From contig CAXHJY010000162.1 of NCBI GenBank assembly GCA_964016885.1, positions 865 through 64,864 of the forward strand: a stretch of 64,000 nt of DNA. The letters are read 5' to 3'. Under the pieces are notes generated by a model, which was not told the origin of the DNA, did no database searches, and saw only the letters and a program-made list of their open reading frames with translations. Every line of letters begins with the position of its first letter. Position 1 is the first letter of the stretch. Both the position numbers and the translations under genes were made by a program. The stretch comes from Eledone cirrhosa (lineage: Eukaryota). Below, piece by piece: positions 1 to 20,270 of the stretch.

Positions 1-7807
<7,807 letters not shown>

Positions 7808-7815
<8 letters not shown>

Positions 7816-7902
7816 CCCAAAAAAATGTATACACACTGATTACCTGTTCAGGCAATATTTATTAGAATGCTGTCGAAGTGTGTATAAATATTTGGGACAG
7901 CT

Positions 7903-7904
<2 letters not shown>
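7808..7904. mobile_element. Tiny Tc1/mariner-type MITE
   Basis: Imperfect TIRs TGTCCCAAAAAAA-TGTATACACACT and AGTGTGTATAAATATTTGGGACA, flanked by TA. Confidence 0.55.
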
Positions 7905-7953
<49 letters not shown>

Positions 7954-7957
<4 letters not shown>

Positions 7958-8165
7958 GGAATAGAATGAAACGAAATTTCATTTCTCACTCTTTGTACGG
8001 CACTTACTTAAATGTAAGTATGTATGTATGTATACGTACATACATATATGTATACAGACGTACAGTAGTATGTATATATATACATACATGCACACATATA
8101 TATATATGCATGTATCGGTTTACCGAACATTTAATATAATGCTTGGTTTGTTTGTTTGCGAAGTA
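7954..8165 (-). mobile_element. Fragment of the 430-nt HHR repeat family, lacking the ribozyme
   Basis: AATGAAACGAAATTTCATTTCTCACTC...CAGACGTACAGTAG matches 36660-36905 and 52440-52730. Confidence 0.8.
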
Positions 8166-8294
8166 AACTTAATCTGGCCATACATACATGTGAACACTCA
8201 CATGCCCTCTCTCTCTCACACACACATGCACACTGACACGCCCACACTCATGACCTCACATACACGCACTCCCATCACACTCACATGGCCAGAT

Positions 8295-8690
8295 TGTTAA
8301 GAAGTTTACTTCACAATTATTAGATTCTGGGTTCAATCCCACGGTGAGACATCTTTGGAAAGTGTCTCCTACAGTAGCCTTGGCTCAACATATGCCTTGT
8401 GAGTGAAATTGGATAGACAGAGACTGTTTGGAAGCCTATGAGATGGACTACTGAATCTTGCTGAGAATTACGTTAAAAGTACACATGTCAATAGTCACGT
8501 GCACTATAATGCAAGATGGACTGTATCTGAAATTCAAAGGGCCAATCATGTCACACACAGTCAAGATGAATCTCCCTGAGAACAACTTTAAGGATACATG
8601 TCTGTGGAATGCTCAGTCACTTGCATATTAATATCATGAACAGGCTGTTCCATTGATCAAACAATTGGAACACTCATAGGTCCATTCCAT
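8295..8690 (+). mobile_element. Degenerate tRNA-derived SINE (second family)
   Basis: B-box GGGTTCAATCCC followed by a SINE-like body (AAGTGTCTCCTACAGTAGCC...GCCTTGTGAGTGAAATTGG). Confidence 0.6.
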
Positions 8691-8785
8691 GTTATGTAAG
8701 CAATAAAGAACTGAAAGGGGCCTTAACTCCTGTTGGGGTCGTAAGGGCTACAGTCCTGACATATGGCATGTCTTCGAAAGAACCC

Positions 8786-8986
8786 TTAACCCGTTAACAT
8801 TTACATTACTCTATATATACTACTATATTTTCATGGTAAAGGCTTTATCTCACATAATATCTCACCTATGAGATTTTGAGAACAATACCTTAATATCAGT
8901 ATGAGTGGCCAGTTACAGCCAGTTTGAACAGAAAGAGGTGAGAGAATTCTGGCCGGATACGGTCGGTTTAAATGTTAAAGCGTTAA
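8786..8986. mobile_element. piggyBac-like MITE (copy of 19178-19405)
   Basis: TTAA-CCC start and degenerate GCG-TTAA end. The body is the reverse complement of 19178-19405. Confidence 0.7.
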
Positions 8987-9454
8987 ACCCTGATGGAGTC
9001 GTAAGGAGCACAATCCTCACACACAGCATGCTATGGACATTTTAAAACTGGCCAATCACTCTCAAGGTCGGAACACAGCCAATTTCTTCCAGAGAAAGGT
9101 ATAAAGAAAGATAGAGTGAGAGGAAGAATCGACCCCACATGACTGGTACTTTCTTATTGACCTTGAAAGGATGGAAAGCAAAGTTGACCATGACAGTATT
9201 TGAAATCACAACACAATGAGACAAAACAAATACTGAGGCATTTTTAATCAAACACTGTAATGACTCAACTAATTAACTGCATGTAAGAAATGACCACACA
9301 GATTGCACAGCTGGATCTAGATTTGACTAATAGAGAATCACACTGTAAATTAGATTAGAGGTGTGCAGGAATAGCATATGAGTAATCATAATCCAAAGGT
9401 TACAAACTTCTAAGATGATTTAATGCAAATGTTCATCAGGGGTGGGGAATCTGT

Positions 9455-9692
9455 CAAAGTTCATGCTAGCATGGGTTGGGCCTTGCAAGGACCTGAGAGT
9501 TGTTTCATCTCTCTGTTTCTTCAGATTTAGCCTGGAGGGAGGTATGTGGTTTGCCATCCTCTTATGCTGCTTGCATAGGAAGGTAAGTTCTCTGTATTAC
9601 AGAACTACAATATCGGCAGTTTTCTTGACCCTGGGTCATCTCCTTTGTGAAGTTCAGCTGCATGAGATCAGCCTTCACCACATCACCCCAGG
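9455..9692 (-). mobile_element. Degenerate RTE family A 3' fragment
   Basis: Minus strand translates to WGDVVKADLMQLNFTKEMTQ. The tail motif ACCCATGCTAGC is present. Confidence 0.6.
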
Positions 9693-9982
9693 TTTGTATA
9701 AAGAATTGTATTACTTAGTTTTACAAGGGTGGGAAATATACTCTCATCGTCAATCAGATACCAGTCCTTCAGTGACAAGGCTTAGTCAATCCTACCTCGC
9801 CAAGAAGTCATCCCTCTGGAATTCTGATCATATAAATGTTTTCCTTTAGCTATCACCTTATCAACTTGTTGCTGTTGAAAAGAATGTTGATAACCATAAG
9901 TACACAGCCCTTTTCTACAGAGAAATACATTTAAAGAAAGAGAGAGAGAAAGAGCTAAATGAAAAATAATAAAAGAACTTAC

Positions 9983-10063
9983 CTGCAATTGATCAAAGGC
10001 ACTGTAACGACGATATATGATGTTAGTAGACCCATCATTCCAGGTAACACTAATTAAGTACAC
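9983..10063 (-). CDS. SH3PXD2: SH3 and PX domain-containing protein 2 (Tks4/Tks5)-like, second coding exon (PX domain)
   Basis: tttctctcttattgcag|GTG TAC...TTG CAG|gtaagt, an 81-nt phase 0-0 exon. It encodes VYLISVTWNDGSTNIIYRRYSAFDQLQ versus recalled human SH3PXD2A [27 protein letters not shown]. Confidence 0.93.
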
Positions 10064-10168
10064 CTGCAATAAGAGAGAAAATAAAGTAACATGAAAATAC
10101 CATTATAGATTGACACCCCAATGACTGACTGCACCAGTTGTAGCAACATGATTGATTGATGTATATAT

Positions 10169-11424
10169 AGCACGGCCTAGAGTCAAAAGGACTTAAAATT
10201 AACCTGGCTAAGACCAAAGTTCTAGTTTGTAGGAAAGAAAACAAAGCGGCGGTCCCTTCTGGGAAATGGTCGTGCTCGGTGTAGGAAAGGCGTAGGTAGA
10301 AACTCCATTTTATGTCCTAAATGCAAAGTATGGGTGCATAAAAGATGTAGTGGGATCACAGGTAAGCTAACTAAGAACATAGATTTTACATGTGGCCGGT
10401 GTTCTGGTGCAATAAGTAGCAGCAAGTGCCCACAAAATACTAGCTCTTTCAATTGCGCCGAGGGTTCTATAGAAATAGTGGACAGCTTCCGTTACCTGGG
10501 CGATAAAATCAGCAGTGGGGGAGGGTGCTCTGAAAGTACTGTAGCTAGAGTCAGAACTGGTTGGAAAAAGTTCAGAGAGCTTATACCACTATTAGCTGCT
10601 AAAGGGTTCTCCCTAAAAATGAAAGGCAGGTTGTACGATGACTGCATACGAACAGCAATGTTGCATGGCAGTGAGACCTGGGCATTGTGTGCAGAGGATA
10701 TACGCAGACTAGAGAGGAACGAAGCTTGCATGCTCCGCTGGATGTGTAACAGTAATATACGTGAACGGCAAAGCATAAACGAACTAAGGAAAAAATTAGA
10801 GATAAGAGGGATCAGATGTTGTTTACTCGAGAGAAGGCTACGTTGGTATGGACACGTGATGCGCATGAAAGTCGATAGCTGTATAACAAAGTGCAGGGCA
10901 ATAAAGATAGACGGTAGCCACGGAATAGGCAGACCTAGAAAAACCTGGGACGAGCTGATAAACTCCGACCTCACACACTTACACCTCTCCAAGACAATGT
11001 CACTGGACCGAGACCTTTGGCGGTACTCAGTAACAGAGAAGACCCGCCTTGCCAGTAGGAATCTCTAACAAAATACACCCCGTCCCGCCACCACCCCCAC
11101 CCCATCCACACCACCCCGTTCTATGTAAAGTTATGTTGGTACCGCGCCATCCAGGCCGAAACAAATGAGATCGTGTAGGTGTCACGACAAAAAAACACAC
11201 AGTCCACGCTGTAATGTGGCCGTGTAGGCAACACGGTAAAAACCTCCCAGACCCACACTGTAAATGTGGTTGGTGTTAGGAAGGGCATCCAGCTGTAGAA
11301 AACCTGCCAGACAGTCCTATGCGAGCAAGACAATCACTCTTGCCTCAAGTGGGACTACCCCCGTCCAAACCCATGCAAGCGTGGAACACGGTCGTTAAAC
11401 GTTGATGATGATGATGATGATGAT
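10169..11424 (+). mobile_element. 5'-truncated RTE LINE (family A)
   Basis: 244-aa ORF with a Cys-rich insert (CPKCKVWVHKRC), FRYLG, HGSETW and WYGHVMRM. Ends in a (GAT)n tail. Confidence 0.95.
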
Positions 11425-14400
11425 ATGTAAGGACCCGTAACACCTGATGGAGTTGTAGGGTCGCTGTCCTGTCATGTCTTGAGTATTTTTATACCTGGTG
11501 GAGCCCATCCCCTCTCCAGGGCTGAACAGCCAATTTCTTCTAGAGAAAGAAAGTGAAAAAGAGATATAGAGGAAGAATCGACCCCAGTACTGGATTGGTA
11601 CTTTTTTATCGACATCAAAAGGATGAAAGGCAAAGTTAACCTTAGCAGGATTTGAACTCAGAGAGCCAGAATGAATACCACAAATAATTCTATCTGACTT
11701 TCTAACGACTCTGCCAATTCGCCACCTACAGGGTTAGATCATAGATATAAATATAGGTTGAACAACAACATAAGCATTTTAAGGCCATTTTCCCTACTAA
11801 AACAGGGGTTAGCATTGTAGGGGTCCATGACAAGCTTCTCCATTTTTCCCTATCATCTGCTTCCTGCTACTTCATCAATCCTCTTTCATTCGTTTTCCCC
11901 TCCTCCATCTTTAGCTATATCTTTCTTGGTCTTCCCCTTCCTCTACTTCCTTCCAGATTCATTTCCATCACTCATCTCACCCAGTCACTTTCACTCTTCC
12001 TTAACACATGACCCAACTATCTCATTTCATTTCTTTTTACAACCTTCATCACTGGCTTTGAATAGAGCCAGCAGTGAAGGCTGTTAATTTTTCTTCTTCA
12101 ACACATGTCTCAATCATCTCATTCCATTTCTCTTCACTGACTATTCCCATAAATCGTATCATTTCTCACACATACAGCATACACCTTCCCCCTCAGTTTC
12201 ATCAATACTCCCTACCTCATTAGTCCCCACCACCACCACCACTCAAATCTCTGAACTACTTTCATGTACATCCCACTCTAGATACTATCACAGAGTCTGA
12301 TTCACCCTTTCCATTTAACAACTCCTGGATAACAAAATGTTCCAGGAAAAAATATAAGTTGAAAACCAGGGAATAATTTCAGGCAAATATGTGAAAGTAT
12401 AAATAAATTAAGAAAAATATTGGTTGGTATATGAAGAAAATATAGGCTGATAGAAAAATATAAACCGTGATGGGGGAGTATTGATTTTAAGAGTAAAGAA
12501 CTTAGTGGTGTGGATATGATAATGATAGAGGAAACTTGTAAATCTCCTAGCAACATCCCACTGTGATGCTGTGAGCAGAATATATCATTGAGACTCACAG
12601 AAGAGATGAGGAAGGAATGTGATGAGTGGAGAAATGCTGTGCTGGAAAGAACCGGTCCAACCCATGCAAACGAATGTGGAAAAACAGCCATAAAAAAATG
12701 ACGATGATGACTCGATGATGAAATAAAATGAAAACCAAAATAGAAGTTTAGAGAGCAAACAACAAGAAAACTGGACCATTAATTATTAAGGTCAACATTT
12801 TTACTAAACTGCCTGCCATACAGCTGTACCAGAAACATTTATGTCACCTGACATGGTTTATGCTAATATTTGAACTCTATAACGACTGACTGGTTGAAGT
12901 TATGCTGTTGATGGAAGTTTAGTTGCATTGCTACTGGTGACAGATGGATTGTTGTTGTAGTGAGGAATTCGAAAGAAAAAAATAAATGTTATTTTAAAAA
13001 AAAATGGTAATGAGAATGTTGACTGTTATAGGAAGAGAGTGCTGGTACAATGATGATGTAGGATGAGAGTGGTGGTTATAGGATGACAGTTGTGGAACAA
13101 TAGTAACAAAATGGTGGCTATGGTCTAAGTATGAATCTATGTATGGACCCATAACTCCTGGGGGAATCGGAGGGGCACTGCATTTACATATGGTGTATTG
13201 AGGGCATTTTTTAAAACATGACAAAGCTTATCTCCTGTCCAGGTCTGAGTATAACAGATTTATTTCAGAGAAGACTTGGGAGTGAGAGGATGAGAAAGAG
13301 ATATAAAAGAAAAATCAACCCCAGTACTTGACTTGTACTTTTTTTTATTGACTTTGAATTGATGAAAGACAAAGTTGACCTTCATGGGTCATACTTATAG
13401 TAAAATTAGTGTTGCCACAAATAAAACAGTTGGGTTTAACAAAAACCCAGCTCACCTTCCCTTCCCATTTTGCAAACAGCAATATTGTTAGAAACAGGCT
13501 CCCAACGAGTCAGCTTTTGGTTTACTTAAAGGTTTTTATAAACTCAAAGCTATGGTATCAAACACTTGCCCAAAATGCCACACAGTAGGAGTGAAACTGG
13601 AGTCACAGGGTTACAATACATACATCTTAACTACATCATGCTTGCAGCCACCACAACCTCACAACAGCTACTACCACCTCAATCTTACAACAGCTATTAC
13701 CACCACCACACTCTTACAACAGCTAAGTATATTACAACCTCACAACAACTACCAATACAACAAACTCACAACAGTCACCAATACTACAATACACACAAAA
13801 CAGTGAAACCACTGTATGTTATGGGTACATGTGTCAAGATGGATGGTACCAGTAATTCATCTACTGGGTTTTATCACATTAACTTAAGGTCAATATTAAT
13901 TTGTACAATCTGGGGTCACCAAATGACTTTATCAACCATTTCCTATAAATGCTCTGGTCAATACAAAACTAAACTCAACACAGCCATAATCACAACCATC
14001 ACTACCCATAAAAAGACCCCCTTCAGTCACGAATGACTAAGAGATTTGCACCTAGAATGTTTCCCTGCCGCAACACAAGACTGAGCAAGCTGTTTTTTAT
14101 GGAAGATCAACTGTTACCCATACATACCAGTCTCCCCTCTCCATGTCACTAATGTTGCCCAAGGGAAAGGCAGAAGCCAATAGAGTTTGGCAGCAGAGAC
14201 GCTGCAACTGATTTCTACAGCTGAGTGAACTGGAAAAATGTGAAATAAAGTATCTTGCTCAAGAACACAACATCACCCGGTCCGGAAATTGATCTCACAA
14301 CCTCACGATTGTGAATTCAATACTCTAACCCCTAAGCCACGTACCTGTTCTACCCATAAAATCCATCCTATTCCGTATTGCATACCCATAAAGCATAACT

Positions 14401-14436
14401 GATTAAACTATTGTATCTGCCTTAAAAATACATATA

Positions 14437-14970
14437 TGAGGGGGCTTCAAAAAGTTTGTGGAAAAAGTACATAGCTAAAAATTATATGCAAGAATTTTGA
14501 TCTCAATGCATCTGTATGTTCTCGTACTAACGTGTCATAACATGTTCTAACATGAACCCTTAAATCCATGTTGCAACACGGTGGTTCCAGTTGGAAGTCA
14601 ACATGGCCTCCATCAAAACATCAAATTCATGGTAAAGCTAGGGTGGCAGAGCAGCCAAATCATTGACACTCTGGGGCAAGTTTATGGGGACAATTGCCCA
14701 AAGAAATCAACAACCTACAAATGGATAAGTCGTTTTAGAAGTGGAAGAGATGAGGGTGAAGATGATGCTCAGTTGAAGATGTAAAAACAGCTGCTTTGAC
14801 ATGGTTTAAATCACATGGCTCTCAGTTTTACACAGATGGACTTAAAGGCTGGTATCAACGCTTGCAGAAGTGTACTGACCTAGATGGAGCATATGTTGAA
14901 AAATAAACATCATAACTTAAACCGTTTTTTCCAACTATCCGTTTCCCACAAACTTTTTGATGCCCCCTCA
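14437..14970 (+). mobile_element. Internally deleted mariner element
   Basis: TIRs TGAGGGGGCTTCAAAAAGTTTGTGG and CCACAAACTTTTTGATGCCCCCTCA with TA TSD. The HTH N-terminus (IKFMVKLG...VYGDNCPKKSTTYKWISRF) abuts the C-terminus (WYQRLQKCTDLDGAYVEK*). Confidence 0.92.
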
Positions 14971-15874
14971 TATAAGTAAACAAAGAAAGCACATATAAGA
15001 AATTGAAAAATTGAATTAGAAGATTTCACTGTAACTTTAACTAAATAAAACAGTCTAATAATAATGGTGTATAAGCTCACTAATGGAAAAAGATGCCTAT
15101 CTTTTACCATTCGCTGGGTTTATGTGCCCTGTTATTATTATTAGACTATTATTTGACTATTTTATTTGGTGAAAGTTACAACAAAATCTTCTAATTCAAT
15201 TTTCATACATAAACATTTGTATTCAATATGAAGAAATGGCAAATTGTTAAAATGTCAGATAGAATGCTTCATAGTATTTGTTTCAGATCTGTGATTTCCG
15301 TTTTCCAATCGTTGAAGTCAACTTTGCCTTCCATCCTTTCAAGGTTGCTAAATAAAGTACCAATCCAGTACTAAGATCTATCTTTCTTTCATCTATCTCT
15401 GGAAATAATCAACAAGGGTTTCATCAGGTTTAGAATGTCCAAAACACACCATGTATCATAACAGTGACCCCAACATAGATGTCACAAACGGCACCCAAAC
15501 AAAAATAAGTCACAAAACACTAAAAATACAAGATTCCAAAATATAAACCAGCAGCACAAAACATTAACATAATGAATGTAAACTTACCAGCACCATCATC
15601 ACCAGCCAAGTTATACACTGCCATTACATTAATCCAACAGAGAGTGAAACACTGACTGGGTGACATGCAAACATTAAGACTGAGTGAAACTCACAACACA
15701 GAGTGAAATATGACTGAATGACATTCCAACACACACACACAGAACATCCTTGTAGAGACACCAACACTTAGAGGTGGGATTATATATATAACTAAATTCT
15801 TTTTACATTACATATGCATCAACATACAACACCAAGCTTACTACAATAACTCTTCTAAAGACATCACTTTCTAT

Positions 15875-16378
15875 TTAACCCTTTCATTACCATGTTTCTA
15901 ACGAAAGACATTGCTGCCTGCGTCTTTAACCCTTTCATTACCATATTTCTAATGAAAAATACTGCCTATGTCTTTAACACTTTACTAAATTTATAATGAA
16001 AGATACTGCTTATGTCTTTAACACTTTCATTACCATATTTCTAATGAAATTCATTGCCTATATCTTTAAACCTTTCATTACCATATAGCTAATGAAACAC
16101 ATTGCCTGTGTCTTTAACCCTTTCATTACCATATTTCTAATGAAAAATATTGCCTATGTCTTTAACACTTTACCATGTTTATAATGGAAGATATTGTTTA
16201 TGTCTTTAACCCTTTCATTACCATATTTCTAATGAAATACATTGCCTGTATCTTTAACCCTTTCATTACCACATTTCTAATGAAACACATTGCCTATGTC
16301 TTTAACCCTTTCATTACTATATTTCTAATGAAATACATTTGCCTGTTTCTTTAACCCTTTCATTACCACATTTCTAAT
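15875..16378. repeat. ~48-bp minisatellite derived from a TTAACCCTTT MITE terminus
   Basis: About 10 copies of TTTAACCCTTTCATTACCATATTTCTAATGAAATACATTGCCTGTGTC. Confidence 0.85.
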
Positions 16379-16591
16379 TTTAATTTTGAAAATCACCAAG
16401 AATTGTAAGTTTTTAAATAAATATAAACATTTTAAAATAAACAGTTTTTATTACAGAACCAGGTACTGTTTCAGATGGTTTGATATCAATACCCCTAACT
16501 ACCTACCAGTCATGAAACAGTTTCCCAACTAATCACCAACTGCTGGTATAAATGCTAAAGGTAAATGTTTTATTATTTCACCCATCTCTAG

Positions 16592-16772
16592 GGTGATGGA
16601 TTGGCAGTAATCATTAGAGTGTCGGACATCTTTGTAGCATAAAGTTACGGCCCTTTACATTCTGAGTTCAAATTCCGTTGAGGTTAACTTTGCCTTTCAT
16701 CCTTCCTGCAGTCAATTTAATTGATTTTCCCCTCACAAAATTGTTAGCCTTGTGCCTAAATCAGAAACCATT
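16592..16772 (+). mobile_element. tRNA-derived SINE (main family)
   Basis: TGGATTGGCAG A-box-like start, GAGTTCAAATTCC B-box, and body CTTTGCCTTTCATCC...CCTTGTGCCTAAA. Confidence 0.85.
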
Positions 16773-17317
16773 ATTACAGCCATCTCAACTAGAAATAACC
16801 ACACCTTGGATATACCTCATTGGCCATGGTCCCCATCTCTAAGACAGGTGTTATGAAGTTCTCAGGTGAGGGAACCACAGAAAACAAGCAATTCACAACT
16901 GTTTTTAACAATATATTCATTCAAAACACAAAGTCATAGAAAAAACATTAATTTCATTTTCAAAATTTAAACCAAACCTATCAACTAACAACTACCCTTA
17001 AAATTAAAATAAAAAAATACAATTACTCCTTTCTTGCTAAATCTCAAAGTGTGTATTGCAAGTCAGCTTCCGGTAGCATTCTTATTTTTATGACTTAGCC
17101 AAACGAAGAAGAGTACTATACACATCTGTATAAGTGAGACTGATGTGGTTGGTGTTTACTATTAAACTTCAACAAGCTAAAAAGCATGTAAGAAAAATAA
17201 GGGCTGGAAGAGAGTTAAAGGGGTAAACAGTAAATATTTTAATAAGGCTACTCAGCCGATGTGTACTTAAGAAAATATTATATATTTTCAACCGTTCAAC
17301 AGACTGGCAGAGGTATA

Positions 17318-17358
17318 CAGTCCTGATGAAGGGTAATGACCCAGAAACATGTTGATTG
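17318..17358 (+). ncRNA. Minimal type I hammerhead ribozyme motif (antisense to the host gene)
   Basis: cagtc-CTGATGA-a gggt aatg accc a-GAA-ACATGT-T-gattg. Stem I is 5 bp and stem III is palindromic. Confidence 0.6.
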
Positions 17359-17844
17359 CCCCTCAAAGCCCAGTGTTGAACAAACAGGTGACAATTGGTC
17401 ACTGGCACGGCACAGCTTCAAATCAAGTCATTTGTTTACAAACAAATCGAACATTATTATTATTATTATTATGAGTGAGTGAGTGAGTGAGTGAGTGAGT
17501 GAGTGAGTGCGCACGCTTTTATGTATCAGTTGTGCTGCTGGGTGAGAAATAAAATTCTAATTTTATTTTTTATTTTAATGTAGAATCAACAGGAAAAGAA
17601 AAACAGTATGGATGACAAGCTGAAAAGAGGTAAGGGTGCTGGGTGAGCCTGGGAAGAGGAAGTAAGCAGCTTTATAGTTGAGAGGAACATAAGCTGTTGT
17701 AATAGCTATAGAAAAACAAAAACAGTTCAACAGTGAGTCAAATGGAGGTTGTTGAATGTTAGTGAGTAATAGGCAATCTGAGAAATGGATTCAGTTTACG
17801 AAGTTTGTGTTACAGCAGTATTCCATATTTCTATGTGAGTGAGT

Positions 17845-18110
17845 CACACTTGACAATGGATCAAATTTGGGCTTTCTAACACTATCTCATATATATATAC
17901 ATGAGTAAACAATATTTGACAATGGATCAAATTTGAGCTTTCTAGCCTGAAATATTCCCTTTTACAGCACTATCTCATATGTATACGTGAGTAAACAATA
18001 TTTGACAATGGATCAAATTTGAGTTTTCTAAGCTGAAATATTTCCTGTTACAGCACTATCACATATGTGAGTGAACGATACTTGACTATGCATCAAATTT
18101 GAGCTCTATA
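17845..18110. repeat. Imperfect tandem repeat, unit up to ~85 bp, 3-4 copies
   Basis: Recurrent TTGACAATGGATCAAATTTGAG...CACTATCTCATAT. Confidence 0.8.
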
Positions 18111-19177
18111 GGCTGGAGTATTTCCTGGACTTGAAGGAGCTTGGTCTTTGACACTCAAAGATAAAAGATAAAGGATAAAAGATTTGTAGCAAGGGTTAAA
18201 TTGTGTGTTATTCTTGCTTAACTCTTTTGTTACTATATCTATATTAAAATACACAGCCTATAATTTTTTGATTAATTTTGAAAATAAGCAAGAATTTGGA
18301 GAGACTTAGTAATATAATTAACTCATATTATCAAGCCGGTGTCTGGAAGAAAGGTTCTCATATAAAATTAGAATGGAAAGTTTTTAGATGAATATAAGCA
18401 ATTTTGTATCATAGAACCAGGGTTGATTTCAGGTGGTCATTGAAAGAAATCAGGTTGCCTTATTGTTGTTGGGGTATATTTTCAGATTCTCTATTCGAGT
18501 GTGGACACAGATAGTACAGGTACAAGGTATGTGGGCTTCATGAATAACAGGTGGATATGGCAGATTAGAAAAGCATGACAAATGTTAGCTTGTACTAAAG
18601 AATGTTTGTTGTTAAAAGTAACAGCAAATAGAGCAAGGCAATCAATAGAAATACTGAGAAAACAGCTTTATATCAAACCTACCTTACACATGAGCAATAC
18701 ACAGTTAAAGCTCCCAAACTCTACAAATGCTAGGCCTCAAAATCTTTTATCTTTTATTGTTGGTATTAGAATTTCTGTATTAGCCAAAACAAAGATGTGA
18801 GTTTTTTCCACAGGTCTCTCTCTCATCTCATTAAAGAATTATGAGAGGTTTGGTGAAATTACTTTCAACTTGATAATTATTTCCAACATTGGCACAAGGC
18901 TAGCACTTTTTAAGGGGGGGGGGGGGTCAATTAAATTAACTCCCAGTACTTAATTTTATTGACTTCAGAAGGATGAAAACCAAAGTTGACCTCAGTAGGA
19001 TTTGAACTCAGAACATAACTCAGTCCACATTGAAAATGTGGTTGGCGTTAGGAACGGCATCCAGCTGTAGAAACCAAGCCAGAAACAGTTCTCTATGAGC
19101 AAGACATAGTTACCTGACCTGGGTTGTCACACAACGGAACAACTCATCTAACCCATGCTAGCGTGGAAAAATGGACA

Positions 19178-19405
19178 TTAACCCTTTAGCATTTAAACCA
19201 GCCATATCCAGCCAGAATTTTCTCACCTCTTTCTATTCAAACCGGTTGTAAACAGTCACTCATACCAACATTAAGGTATTGTTCTCAAAATAAATAATAT
19301 TAAAATCTCATAGATTCAACATTATGTGAGATAATTATGAAGATAAAGCCTTTACCATAAAAATACAATAGTATATATAGAGTAATGTAAATGCTAAAGG
19401 GTTAA
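19178..19405. mobile_element. piggyBac-like MITE
   Basis: TTAA-CCCTTTAGCATTTA...TAAATGCTAAAGGG-TTAA. Further copies lie at 8786-8986 and 20045-20270. Confidence 0.85.
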
Positions 19406-19544
19406 TGATGATGATAAAGAGCCAGAACTAAATATCATGACTTTATTCAGTACTATCACGATTCTGCCAATCCTCCCTCACCCAACTTAATAAAAGACAA
19501 ATATTTTCCTGAAATCTAATATCAAGTAGCCAAACGAATATATA

Positions 19545-19850
19545 CAATGGATATTTCATTGTTTTTCTATCCCCTACATTGGATATTTCCTCACACTTCT
19601 ACACTCTACAAGGAGTATTTCATTGTATTTCTATCCCCTACAATGGCTATTTCCTTGTATTTCTACCCCTACATTGGGTATTTCATTATAGTTATACACC
19701 CTAAATTGGGTATTTCACTATATTTCTACCCCTAAATTGGCTATTTCTTGTATTTCTACCCCTACATTGGGTATGTCACTGTATTTCTACCCCCTACATT
19801 GGTTATTTCTTTGTATTTCTTCTACCCATTACATTGCGTATTTCATTATG
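19545..19850. repeat. ~31-bp minisatellite
   Basis: About 9-10 degenerate copies of GTATTTCTACCCCTACATTGGGTATTTCATT. Confidence 0.85.
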
Positions 19851-20044
19851 CACTTAAAGACATCACATTTAATTCTACATAATTAATTCATTAACAAACA
19901 GGAGATTTAACAAACTAGATATCAATGAGATTTGTCTCTCATCACTTTAGCACTAGGAAAATAAAATTAAGCCCCAATAAAATCCCTAGTAGTTAAGGGA
20001 CATTTACAACATCTATATTCCCTCTGACATGTAAAACATGTCTG

Positions 20045-20270
20045 TTAACCTTTTAGCATTTAAACTAGCTGTATCTGGCCAGAATTCACTTGCATCTTTC
20101 TGTTCAAACCGGCTGTAACCAACCACTCATACTTATGCTAAGGTATTGTTCGCAAAATGAATAATATCAAAATCTCATAGATTCGATATTATGTGAGATA
20201 ATGTGAAATAAAGCCTTTACCATGAAAATACAATAGTAAATATAGAGTAATGTAAATATTAAAGGGTTAC
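20045..20270. mobile_element. piggyBac-like MITE (copy)
   Basis: Same termini and body as 19178-19405. Confidence 0.8.

Noticed and set aside
10492-10992. Antisense ORFs over RTE, Helitron and Tx1 coding regions
   Set aside because: These are shadow frames of transposon ORFs.
16592-16772. tRNA genes
   Set aside because: A/B boxes are present, but there is no cloverleaf and the sequence continues into a multi-copy SINE body.
15875-19850. Regularly spaced repeats as possible CRISPR arrays
   Set aside because: The units are contiguous and lack unique spacers, so they are ordinary minisatellites.
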